Source: Candidatus Parcubacteria bacterium (GTDB lineage: Bacteria; Patescibacteriota; Saccharimonadia; UBA4664; JBIOIQ01). Taken from it: a stretch of DNA of 64,000 bases. The notes below the pieces were generated by a model that saw only the letters and a list, made by a program, of their open reading frames with translations, had not been told where the DNA came from and ran no database searches. Numbering within the stretch: the first letter of the stretch is position 1; every line of letters starts with the position of its first letter. This document shows positions 40,120-48,175 of the stretch, in pieces. The position numbers and the translations under genes were made by a program. Location: contig OY970378.1 in the NCBI GenBank assembly GCA_963718875.1, forward strand, positions 541,373 through 605,372, written 5' to 3'.

Positions 40120-40174
40120 CGCGATGGTGGATCCTGAAACCAGTTCAGGATGACAAATAGGTGTCCGACTCGAT

Positions 40175-41179
40175 CTAGACTTGCTTTAGATGCGACAGGA
40201 CAGACTTAAAAAATGCTTTGTCCTTTAAATGAGTTAAAAGATCCGCCACTTTTTCGGGTGTGACCCATTGCGCTTCTGGGTTGCTAATATCTATCGGCTT
40301 TAGTTCAGTTTGGCTAGTGTTAAAGAGAAATATAATTATAGTTTTAAGCTGAGTTGGGTCATCGCCTCCTTCGGTGGCGATCATTGGTCGTTGGTAACTT
40401 CCAAGTTTCTTAATGAGAGTTAAGTCGCTAATTCCTGACTCTTCGTAAATCTCTCTTTTGGCAGTAGCTAGAGGGTCTTCTCCAAGATTCATATGCCCTT
40501 TGGGTAGAGACCAGTCCTTTCCGTCTTGATTGATAACGAGGATCTCCCCTTTTGGATTGACGACTACGCCGCCGGCCGATTTCGACTTGGTAACTTTTTG
40601 CTGTTGACCCAAGAGATTAAAAGAGGCGTCTTTTAGCTCCCCTTCCTTGACGTGGTCGAGCACGATGTGGGCGGTGTCATGAATGATACTAGGAAGCTGT
40701 TTTTGCTCTTCAGGTGAAAACTTTTGCAGAACAAAGTCAGTAGCGGGTACTGGATTGTTGAACTTGTTGTTGTGAATGCCGACACGGATGCGGCCAAAGT
40801 CTTCACCCAGAAACTCTATAATAGATTTTAGGCCATTGTGTCCCCCACTTGATCCATCCTGTCGCATTCGCAATTTCCCAAAGTCCAAGTCAAAATCATC
40901 ATGAATTACCCAAATATCCTTAGAGCTTAACTTGTAATAATGCACAACGGCATGTACAGCTTGTCCGCTGAGGTTCATCATAGTATGCGGCTTAAGCAGC
41001 ATTAATTGATTTCCGTGAGCAAGTTCCATGTCTTTAAATATGCTGGCTTGTTTAGAAAATGTCAGGTCTGTTTGCTCGGCTAAATAATCTGCGACCATGA
41101 ACCCAATATTGTGGCGGGTAGCGATGTAATTTTTACCGATATTTCCGAGTCCGACTATGAGTTTCATTGTCATTAGCAT
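40175..41179 (-). CDS. pth: Fusion protein: peptidyl-tRNA hydrolase (N-terminal ~190 aa) + NUDIX hydrolase (C-terminal ~140 aa)
   Basis: Pth signature KLIVGLGNIGKNYIATRHNIGF...HNGLKS; Nudix box GEDPLATAKREIYEESGI in the C-terminal half; single 334-aa ORF. Confidence 0.75.
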   Translation of the reverse strand: MLMTMKLIVGLGNIGKNYIATRHNIGFMVADYLAEQTDLTFSKQASIFKDMELAHGNQLMLLKPHTMMNLSGQAVHAVVHYYKLSSKDIWVIHDDFDLDFGKLRMRQDGSSGGHNGLKSIIEFLGEDFGRIRVGIHNNKFNNPVPATDFVLQKFSPEEQKQLPSIIHDTAHIVLDHVKEGELKDASFNLLGQQQKVTKSKSAGGVVVNPKGEILVINQDGKDWSLPKGHMNLGEDPLATAKREIYEESGISDLTLIKKLGSYQRPMIATEGGDDPTQLKTIIIFLFNTSQTELKPIDISNPEAQWVTPEKVADLLTHLKDKAFFKSVLSHLKQV

Positions 41180-41224
41180 AGCTTAGCTGGCCGCAAGCAG
41201 CAATAACTGCCATAATAAAAGCTA

Positions 41225-42307
41225 ATGGCAGCGCAATTTACATTACTAGCAACGACATTTCCAGGATTAAAAGAAGTTGCCAAATCTGAGATTGAAACAA
41301 CTTTTAGCAATAGCGTTCGTTTTTTAAGAGTTGAGAGAGCTCGCGCTTATGATTTGAGTCTGTTTGAGTTTGCCGGTGCGCCGGGAAAACTGCTGGGTTT
41401 AAGGACTGTTGAGGATTTGTTTTTCGTAGTGGCGGAAATATCCTTAAGCGGGGCTAAATCAGATCTATATCAACTTGCAAAGCTTAAACTAGCAAAAGTG
41501 CTTGAGGCGTCACAGATTATGAATGCTCTAAGTAACCGAAAGATGTCAAAAAAACCTAGTTTCCGTGTTGTTGTGCAGGCCGAAGATGAGCTGTGGCGTA
41601 AATATCGACGAGTAGATATGGCTAAGGAGTTAGCGCTAGCGGCCCTAAAGCAATTGTTAGGCTGGAAAATAGTGGATGATAATGCCGATGTTGAGATATG
41701 GGCTCAGCAAGCCGGACGCAGACTGATCGTAAGTGTGAGGTTGTCGGGCTCTGAGTTAAGGCATCGAGATTACATAGTGTCAAATCGTCCAGCTGCTTTG
41801 CGGCCGACGGTGGCGGCGGCCCTGTGTTGGTTGTCTGAGCCGCAAAACGACGATGTTTTCCTAGATCCGATGTGTGGTAGTGGAACAATTTTGATTGAAC
41901 GGGCCATGCTGGGACGATATAAGCAGTTGATTGGTGGTGATATCGACCCAGATGCTGTTAAGGCTACTATTGAAAACTTTGGACCTAAACACAAGCCATG
42001 GGATGTTAAGAACTGGGATGCGCGCAAGTTGCCGCTAGAGGACGAGTCGGTCGATGTGGTGGCTACAAATCCTCCTTGGGGCAGGCAGATTGGTAGTGAG
42101 GCGGATAATGTTGCGCTTTATTCTGCGATGATGCAGGAAATTCAGCGGGTGTTAAAACCTGGCGGCCGAGCGGTAATTATTACGAGTCAGTGGGAATTGC
42201 TTCGAAATTGTATGGGTAGTGTAAGGCAGTTGAAAACGAATCAAATAATTAAAAATGTTTCTGTATTGGGGCGGCGTGCAGATATTTTTGTGTTTAGGAA
42301 AAACTGA
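41225..42307 (+). CDS. THUMP-domain RNA methyltransferase (RlmL/Trm14-like, putative N2-guanine methyltransferase)
   Basis: N-terminal THUMP-like region (LLATTFPGLKEVAKSEIE), DPMCGSGT, NPPWG catalytic motif. Confidence 0.7.
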   Translation: MAAQFTLLATTFPGLKEVAKSEIETTFSNSVRFLRVERARAYDLSLFEFAGAPGKLLGLRTVEDLFFVVAEISLSGAKSDLYQLAKLKLAKVLEASQIMNALSNRKMSKKPSFRVVVQAEDELWRKYRRVDMAKELALAALKQLLGWKIVDDNADVEIWAQQAGRRLIVSVRLSGSELRHRDYIVSNRPAALRPTVAAALCWLSEPQNDDVFLDPMCGSGTILIERAMLGRYKQLIGGDIDPDAVKATIENFGPKHKPWDVKNWDARKLPLEDESVDVVATNPPWGRQIGSEADNVALYSAMMQEIQRVLKPGGRAVIITSQWELLRNCMGSVRQLKTNQIIKNVSVLGRRADIFVFRKN

Positions 42308-42312
42308 CTATT

Positions 42313-42618
42313 ATTTATTGCCTGAGCTTGTCGAAGGCCGTGTCAGAGTACGACTGGATTCTAATACTCACAGAACTGTTTTAGCTTGCCTGGTCAATAT
42401 CCACATATTCTTCAAGGTAAACCAAAGTTTTCACAGGATGCTCGGCTGTATAACGACCACCTAATCCAGACAATGCTGAGTCCATCGCTGATTAGTCTTT
42501 CAGGTCATCCCAATGTAATACGATCCGTCCAAGCATTCCAAAATATAAACGTACCACTTCCACTGCATTTGATGATTGTAGTAGCAGATTTGGCCTTCGA
42601 CAAGCTCAGGCAATAAAT
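42313..42618. mobile_element. MITE-like element (304-306 bp) with perfect 27-bp terminal inverted repeats in the convergent gap between the methyltransferase and der
   Basis: 42313 ATTTATTGCCTGAGCTTGTCGAAGGCC 42339 is the exact reverse complement of 42592 GGCCTTCGACAAGCTCAGGCAATAAAT 42618; interior non-coding. Confidence 0.5.
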
Positions 42619-42642
42619 CTGGCTGCTGATGCCTTGGTTTAC

Positions 42643-43974
42643 TTAGGCTTTGGGCTTGCGTTTGTCGCGGTATTCTAGCCTGATTGGAGTACCAATGAAG
42701 TCAAATTTATCTCGCAGGCCGTTTTCAAGATAGCGACGGTAGCCAAAGTGCAAAAATTCCACGTGGCTACCAAACAATGTAAATACAGGTGGTTCGGTGC
42801 CGGTTTGGGTGGCGTAATTGAGTTTTGGTTGGCGATTTTTAAGCCCAGCCGGAGGATGTTTGAGTATAAGTCCTTCCATAACTTTGTTGAGTGGGCCAGT
42901 GGCTATTTTGGTACGGCGGCGGTCACGAATTTCTAAGGCCAGTTTGAAAACGTTAGTTACGTGTAAGCCGGTAGTAGCTGAGGTAAAGACCACCGGAGCC
43001 CATGGTACAAAAGCAAAGTCAGTTTGCAGTCGGCGTAATATTCTAGCTTGAGTACGCTCGTCTTTTTCTTCAACGGCGTCCCATTTATTGATGATTAAAA
43101 TTAGCCCTTTGCCGCTTTCTTCAACAAGCCCGGCAATATGCTGGTCCTGGGCTACGGATGGCTCTGTGGCATCAATTAGCAGCAAACAAATGTCGCTAGC
43201 GGCAATGGCACTTAAAGTTCGTAAGCTGCTGAATTTTTCAACTCCCCGTTCCACTTTGCCGCGACGTCGCAGCCCAGCTGTGTCGGTGATTTGGAGCTTG
43301 GTGCCATGGTAAACGACGTCAATGGTGTTGACGTCGCGAGTGGTACCGGGAATATCAGAAACAATGGCCTGCTGCTTGCCGGCTAGACTGTTGAGTAGGC
43401 TTGATTTGCCCACATTTGGGCGTCCTAATAGTGCTAACTTGACTAGATTCGGGTCTGTGCCCTCTGATTGGGCTGGCTTCAAATTAGCGGTAACCGCATC
43501 CAGTAAGTCCCCTGTTCCGCGGCCATGGATGGCTGAAACCCCGATCATGGGTTTGATTCCCAAACGCTCAAAATTATCGGCTAGCCCGCTGGTGTTTGTT
43601 GTGTCAACCTTACTCATGGCTAGTATTACCGGTTTACCAGTTTTAAGAGCCAGCCGGGCGGCATCACGGTCTTCAGTGGTAATCATTACACCCGCATCGA
43701 TAGTAACAATGATAACGTCTGCCGTGTGGGCAACTTGATCAATCTGTTCGCGAATGCTGGACTCCAGCTCATTGGCGGCCTTTTTAAATCCGGCCGTATC
43801 AACTACCCAAAAATTATGCTTTCCCCAAGTTGCCAAACTATAATTAGCATCTCGCGTGGTCCCCGGTGCATCGTCAATAATCGCTTGTCGATTACCGATA
43901 AGACGGTTAAATAAGCTGGACTTGCCGACATTAGCTCGCCCAATGATGGCGACAATTGGGATGGTCGTGCTCAT
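42643..43974 (-). CDS. der: Ribosome-biogenesis GTPase Der (EngA), tandem GTPase domains + KH-like domain
   Basis: GRANVGKSSLFNRL and GRPNVGKSSLLNSL P-loops, DTAG motifs x2. Confidence 0.9.
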   Translation of the reverse strand: MSTTIPIVAIIGRANVGKSSLFNRLIGNRQAIIDDAPGTTRDANYSLATWGKHNFWVVDTAGFKKAANELESSIREQIDQVAHTADVIIVTIDAGVMITTEDRDAARLALKTGKPVILAMSKVDTTNTSGLADNFERLGIKPMIGVSAIHGRGTGDLLDAVTANLKPAQSEGTDPNLVKLALLGRPNVGKSSLLNSLAGKQQAIVSDIPGTTRDVNTIDVVYHGTKLQITDTAGLRRRGKVERGVEKFSSLRTLSAIAASDICLLLIDATEPSVAQDQHIAGLVEESGKGLILIINKWDAVEEKDERTQARILRRLQTDFAFVPWAPVVFTSATTGLHVTNVFKLALEIRDRRRTKIATGPLNKVMEGLILKHPPAGLKNRQPKLNYATQTGTEPPVFTLFGSHVEFLHFGYRRYLENGLRDKFDFIGTPIRLEYRDKRKPKA

Positions 43975-44125
43975 TCGGTGACCTCGCGAATAAGGAATAA
44001 TGAATAAGGAATAAAGGGGTGTCGAAGGGATGATCTTCGGCTGTCAATCGTAGTAAAGGCAACGGATAGCGAATACCGGGTAGCGAATGGCGACCCATAA
44101 TGCTTGATTCTTAATTCATAATTCG

Positions 44126-44842
44126 TTTTTTTCATGTACTTTATATTCTCTCAATAATGATGGTAAAAAGCACGCGAGCCGCCTTGGCAGGCGACAGACG
44201 TGCTCGCCGAGGCGGCTGGTTGAGTTATTTGGTAGACAAGTCCACCACCACTCTTTTCCTGACGGGTGCGCGGATGCGGGACCATTCGAGGGTACAGTCT
44301 GGAGCAAGAGCGCCTGATCGCCGAAGCCCCTTGACAACAACCAACATGATATCGCTCCAGTAAAAGTGACCCCGTTCGATGAATGGGATAAGATTCCGCA
44401 AGGGAACCTGCCAACGGCCGTCGAGGTAGCCGTCGATGAAGCGATCAACTAGATGACTGGGCAGCCCGGCGTTGAGTGCGTCGTCTCTAGTAATGATGAC
44501 ATCGGCGTGTTCACGGCAGAGCCGGATGAAAGCGGCCAATGATCGCGGTTTGGGTTGGTGGGCAGTGTGGATGGGGGCGGTCAAGGTTGCCTCCTGGTTG
44601 TGGGACGGTACGATTGGGACGACGTTTCTGGGCATTTAAGACCAGGGTTTAATAACTTTAACCTACATCGAGAGATTTGTCAAAAAAAGACCGTGCTTGT
44701 CATCCCCGAGAAGTCAGGGATCCAGAAAAAATAAATTTTTTTGGCTCTAGATTCCCTATCAGGAGTGCCAAACTAGGCCATGGTGGAGTTTGGCTTCCTA
44801 TAGGGAATGACAGATGAGGGGACGTTGAGGTTTGATGACGCG
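44126..44842. other. GC-rich (~55-58%) foreign insert bounded by imperfect ~25-32-bp direct repeats (44094..44125 and 44843..44867)
   Basis: CCCATAAT[gcttga]TTCTTAATTCAT[A/G]ATTCG at both borders; the interior GC contrasts with the flanks; nested inverted repeat 44748..44810. Confidence 0.5.
44225..44635 (-). CDS. Hypothetical protein in GC-rich insert; possible AbiEi-antitoxin-like N-terminal domain (may be a fragment)
   Basis: HADVIITRDDALNAGLPSHLVDRFIDGYLDGRWQV resembles the AbiEi_4 pattern (vItr..A...G.s...l.rlv..G.L.r); high GC. Confidence 0.3.
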   Translation of the reverse strand: MPRNVVPIVPSHNQEATLTAPIHTAHQPKPRSLAAFIRLCREHADVIITRDDALNAGLPSHLVDRFIDGYLDGRWQVPLRNLIPFIERGHFYWSDIMLVVVKGLRRSGALAPDCTLEWSRIRAPVRKRVVVDLSTK

Positions 44843-44874
44843 CCCATAATTCTTAATTCATGATTCGCAGATTC

Positions 44875-45789
44875 TTATTCCCAGCTCCAATTGCGCTCGA
44901 TCCAGTCGAGCATTTGCTTGGTTTCACCAAAACGGTCGGGGCTGTTAAGTACCACGGTTATGACTTTGTGTCCCTTAATTGTAGCTAGTCCTACAAAGCA
45001 TTGCCCGGCGGCGGCCGTAAAGCCAGTTTTTAAGCCACTAATGCGTGGGTCTGAGCCAAGCAGCTCATTGGTGCTTGATAGATTATAGGTCTTACCGGCT
45101 ATATTCGCGATGGTAGTTTGTTTCGTAGAGGTTAATTGGTTAAACAGTGGGCTTGCTGTGGCTAGTTTAGCTATCTTTGCTAAAGACTGAGCAGTAGCGT
45201 AATTGTTATCGTCGCTCAAGCCCGATGGGTTGGTGTAATGGACGCTACCTATCCCCCATTCTTCCATTAGTCGGTTCATGGCTTGGCTAAAAGCCGTAGT
45301 TGTTCCAGTACTGGCTATGGCAAGACTATCAGAGGCGTCGTTGGCCGACGGAATTAAAGCGGCCGCTAGCAACTGATCAAACCTAAATTGTTCGCCCGGT
45401 GTTACTTTTAACAAACTATCGTTTGGCTGGTATAAAGGCAAAGTAGGTATGGTCACAATTTGATCAGGTAGATAGTGCTTAAGTACTACCAAGGCTGACG
45501 TTATTTTGGTGATAGAGGCAATTGGTAGCTGTTTGTCGCTGCCCGTGCTATGTAAGGGCATAAAGGTCTCGGCGTCTACAGCATAGCTACTGGCTGCCTG
45601 TAAGCTTAGCTTTTCAGAGGTGGAGTTTTTGATTGGCCGTTCAGAAGGCGTTACAGTTACAGCTAACTCAAGGGCTGGTTGTGAGTTGGTTCTGGTAAGA
45701 ATTTTTTGCAAATGCTGCTGTCCTGGCCCCTGATCCAACCCCACAAATTGATAGGCGGCCAGAACAAGTCCTGCTACAAGACTGCTCAT
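44875..45789 (-). CDS. dacA: Serine-type D-Ala-D-Ala carboxypeptidase (PBP5/6, S11 family)
   Basis: SITK (SxxK), SANDA (SxN), KTGFT (KTG) motifs; signal peptide. Confidence 0.75.
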   Translation of the reverse strand: MSSLVAGLVLAAYQFVGLDQGPGQQHLQKILTRTNSQPALELAVTVTPSERPIKNSTSEKLSLQAASSYAVDAETFMPLHSTGSDKQLPIASITKITSALVVLKHYLPDQIVTIPTLPLYQPNDSLLKVTPGEQFRFDQLLAAALIPSANDASDSLAIASTGTTTAFSQAMNRLMEEWGIGSVHYTNPSGLSDDNNYATAQSLAKIAKLATASPLFNQLTSTKQTTIANIAGKTYNLSSTNELLGSDPRISGLKTGFTAAAGQCFVGLATIKGHKVITVVLNSPDRFGETKQMLDWIERNWSWE

Positions 45790-46463
45790 GCCATATCCCC
45801 TGGTTGGATGTCTTGAAACTGCCCGCTAGGCAGGTGGCTAAGTTCCAAATTGCCAAAGCTGGTGCGATGCAGACGAGTTACAGTGTAGCCAAGGCTTGAA
45901 AAGGTGCGGCGGATTTGGCGGTTGCGTCCTTCTATAAGTGTGGCTGTCCAGTTGTGACCTTGTCCGGTAAGCGTAAACTTGCTGATGCCATCCTCGAGCA
46001 GAATACCTGACTCAATCTTTTGTTTGTCAGATATAGTTAATGTGCGGCTTAAATTAATTTGATAATGCTTGGTTTTTTGGTTAGTTGGGTGGCTCAATTT
46101 CTGCGCCAGCGTTCCGTCATTGGTTAATACTAGGAGCCCCGATGAGTCTTTGTCGAGTCGACCGATTGACTTAAGCTGATGGAGCTCAGGTGGGAGTAAA
46201 TCGTAAATGGTTTTACTATTGCCTTGTCTGGAACGCGTACAAATGTAGCCAACAGGCTTGTGAAAGGCGATGTAATGGAGCTGGCGCAATTCAAGCGGTT
46301 GGCCTAATAGCGCTACGCTATCCTCGTGAGACACCGGTGTACCTAGAGTCGCTGTTTGCGAATTAATTGTTACTTCGCCGCGCTTAATGCTTTCATCAGC
46401 TGCTCGGCGACTCATACCGGTAGCTCGAGCCAGCCATTGGTTAAGCCGCATCGGAACCAGCAC
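45786..46463 (-). CDS. rluB: Pseudouridine synthase, RsuA/RluB family
   Basis: S4 domain N-terminus; catalytic GRLDKDSSGLLVLTNDG. Confidence 0.8.
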   Translation of the reverse strand: MLVPMRLNQWLARATGMSRRAADESIKRGEVTINSQTATLGTPVSHEDSVALLGQPLELRQLHYIAFHKPVGYICTRSRQGNSKTIYDLLPPELHQLKSIGRLDKDSSGLLVLTNDGTLAQKLSHPTNQKTKHYQINLSRTLTISDKQKIESGILLEDGISKFTLTGQGHNWTATLIEGRNRQIRRTFSSLGYTVTRLHRTSFGNLELSHLPSGQFQDIQPGDMA

Positions 46464-46977
46464 TAAGGGTTTCTAGATCGGATAGCTCGTCAAAGCTGTT
46501 TAGTCCCAGGTGGTGTAGCAAGCGGTGGCTGGGGCGATAGAGCGTTGGTTTGCCCGGCTCGGAACTGTGGCCAGCTTCGGTTATAAGGTCCCGTTGAAGC
46601 AAAGTTTTAAGAGTTTGATCAGAAGCAATTCCACGAATCTCCTCAATTTGCATTTTGGTGACCGGTTGGCGATAAACGATGATTGCAAGTGTTTCCAGAG
46701 CGGGGCGAGATAGCTCGATGCGCACTTGTGAGCCTAAAAATCGTTCTACTACTGGCGTCAATGCGGGGGCGGTTACGAGTTCATAGGCTTTGTGGGCTTC
46801 AATAATCCGTAAAGCTCCCTTTGCTAACTCGCTTTTAAGATGCTCCAGGGCAGCTGCTACATCTTCCTCAGGGCTCTCAGTGGCGATCGCCAGCTGAGCC
46901 AATGATAGTGGTCCGGTGGCGACAAAAAGAACCGCACAAAGGTTAGTAGCTAGCTCAGATTTTTTCATACTTGACAA
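46441..46977 (-). CDS. scpB: Segregation and condensation protein B
   Basis: LCAVLFVATGPLSLAQLA winged-helix pattern; follows scpA. Confidence 0.8.
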   Translation of the reverse strand: MSSMKKSELATNLCAVLFVATGPLSLAQLAIATESPEEDVAAALEHLKSELAKGALRIIEAHKAYELVTAPALTPVVERFLGSQVRIELSRPALETLAIIVYRQPVTKMQIEEIRGIASDQTLKTLLQRDLITEAGHSSEPGKPTLYRPSHRLLHHLGLNSFDELSDLETLSAGSDAA

Positions 46978-46989
46978 TGCCTATGATAC

Positions 46990-47691
46990 TTAAGTGGTTG
47001 TAATAATAATATCACCGAATAAGTTGTCTTGGGAGACGCTTATGGTTTTATTGCGGGCAAGCTCTAGTAATGCAATAAAAGCTACTACCAGCTCGGTACG
47101 ACTGGTAAGCCGTGCTAAGAATTGTCCTAAAGGAGTTGTGCCGTTTGAGTCTCTGAGCCAGCTGCAAATACGCTCAGTCATCTCTATAAGAGTTATTCCT
47201 ATGGTATGAACTGGGTGAACGCCAGTTTTGGGTAAATTAGCCAAGGCGTTGGCAAAGCTTTGCTCTAACAATGTGGTTGTTATATTAGGCATAGGTAACT
47301 TGTGTGCTGGAAGAACTTGCGTAATTTCTCTGGTTTTACTAAAACGGTTTTGACGTAACAATCCGTCGAGATGCCGCCCAGCGTTTTGATAGGTCCGGTA
47401 TTGTTGTAATTGTTGAGTAAGATCAGCCACATCTTCGGTCATCTCATTTGACTGCTGAAGCGGCAGTAAAGCCAAGCTCTTCAGATATATTAAGCGAGCA
47501 GCTAATTCTAAAAATTGATTAAGTTCTGTCGGTTCAAGTGCGGGGAGCTGCTTGGTATAGGTTAAATATTGCCCAGTTACTTGGCTTAAGGAAATTTCGG
47601 TAATTTCTAGGTCGGAGCGCTCTATGAGCTGGAGCAGTAGGTCTAGTGGGCCTTCGAAATTAAGTAATGCAACTTGATAAGCCAATGTCAT
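46990..47691 (-). CDS. scpA: Segregation and condensation protein A
   Basis: FEGPLDLLLQLIERSDLEITEISLSQVTGQYL. Confidence 0.8.
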   Translation of the reverse strand: MTLAYQVALLNFEGPLDLLLQLIERSDLEITEISLSQVTGQYLTYTKQLPALEPTELNQFLELAARLIYLKSLALLPLQQSNEMTEDVADLTQQLQQYRTYQNAGRHLDGLLRQNRFSKTREITQVLPAHKLPMPNITTTLLEQSFANALANLPKTGVHPVHTIGITLIEMTERICSWLRDSNGTTPLGQFLARLTSRTELVVAFIALLELARNKTISVSQDNLFGDIIITTT

Positions 47692-47765
47692 ATGTCTCCA
47701 AACAATAGGTGCGTTATCCCCTATCGTATTTGTAGCTTTACGAAAATGAAGTTTGTTTTGGCTGG

Positions 47766-48131
47766 TTATCCCAAGATTTCTTTGACGGTTGCCACTACGT
47801 CTTCAAGAGTTACTTGTGATTTGATTAAGTATTTGTTAACCCCCAAGCTTTCTCCCCTGGCCTTGTCGCTGTCTTGAGAAAGTGCCGTCATCATAATAAT
47901 TTTGGTGTCTTTGGTCTCAGGGGTAGATCGTAAAATATCAAGGACATCAAAGCCACTAATTTTAGGCATCATAACGTCCAAGATAATAAGGTCGGGTCGT
48001 TCGCGTACGGCCGTAGCCAGGGCTTCTTCGCCGTCTGAGGCGGTAATGATTTCATAATTTTCAGCACCAAAACGAGCTGAGTAAATATCCCGTAAATTAA
48101 TGTCATCTTCGACTAAAAGAATTTTTGCCAT
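47766..48131 (-). CDS. Stand-alone response regulator receiver (CheY-like), paralog of 8130..8507
   Basis: MAKILLVEDD...LDVMMPKISG...K; 121 aa; C-terminal DYLIKS/KYLIKS shared with the paralog. Confidence 0.8.
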   Translation of the reverse strand: MAKILLVEDDINLRDIYSARFGAENYEIITASDGEEALATAVRERPDLIILDVMMPKISGFDVLDILRSTPETKDTKIIMMTALSQDSDKARGESLGVNKYLIKSQVTLEDVVATVKEILG

Positions 48132-48175
48132 GGCCCCATCTATTAATTAGTAACTTCATAGTACCATAACAATTA

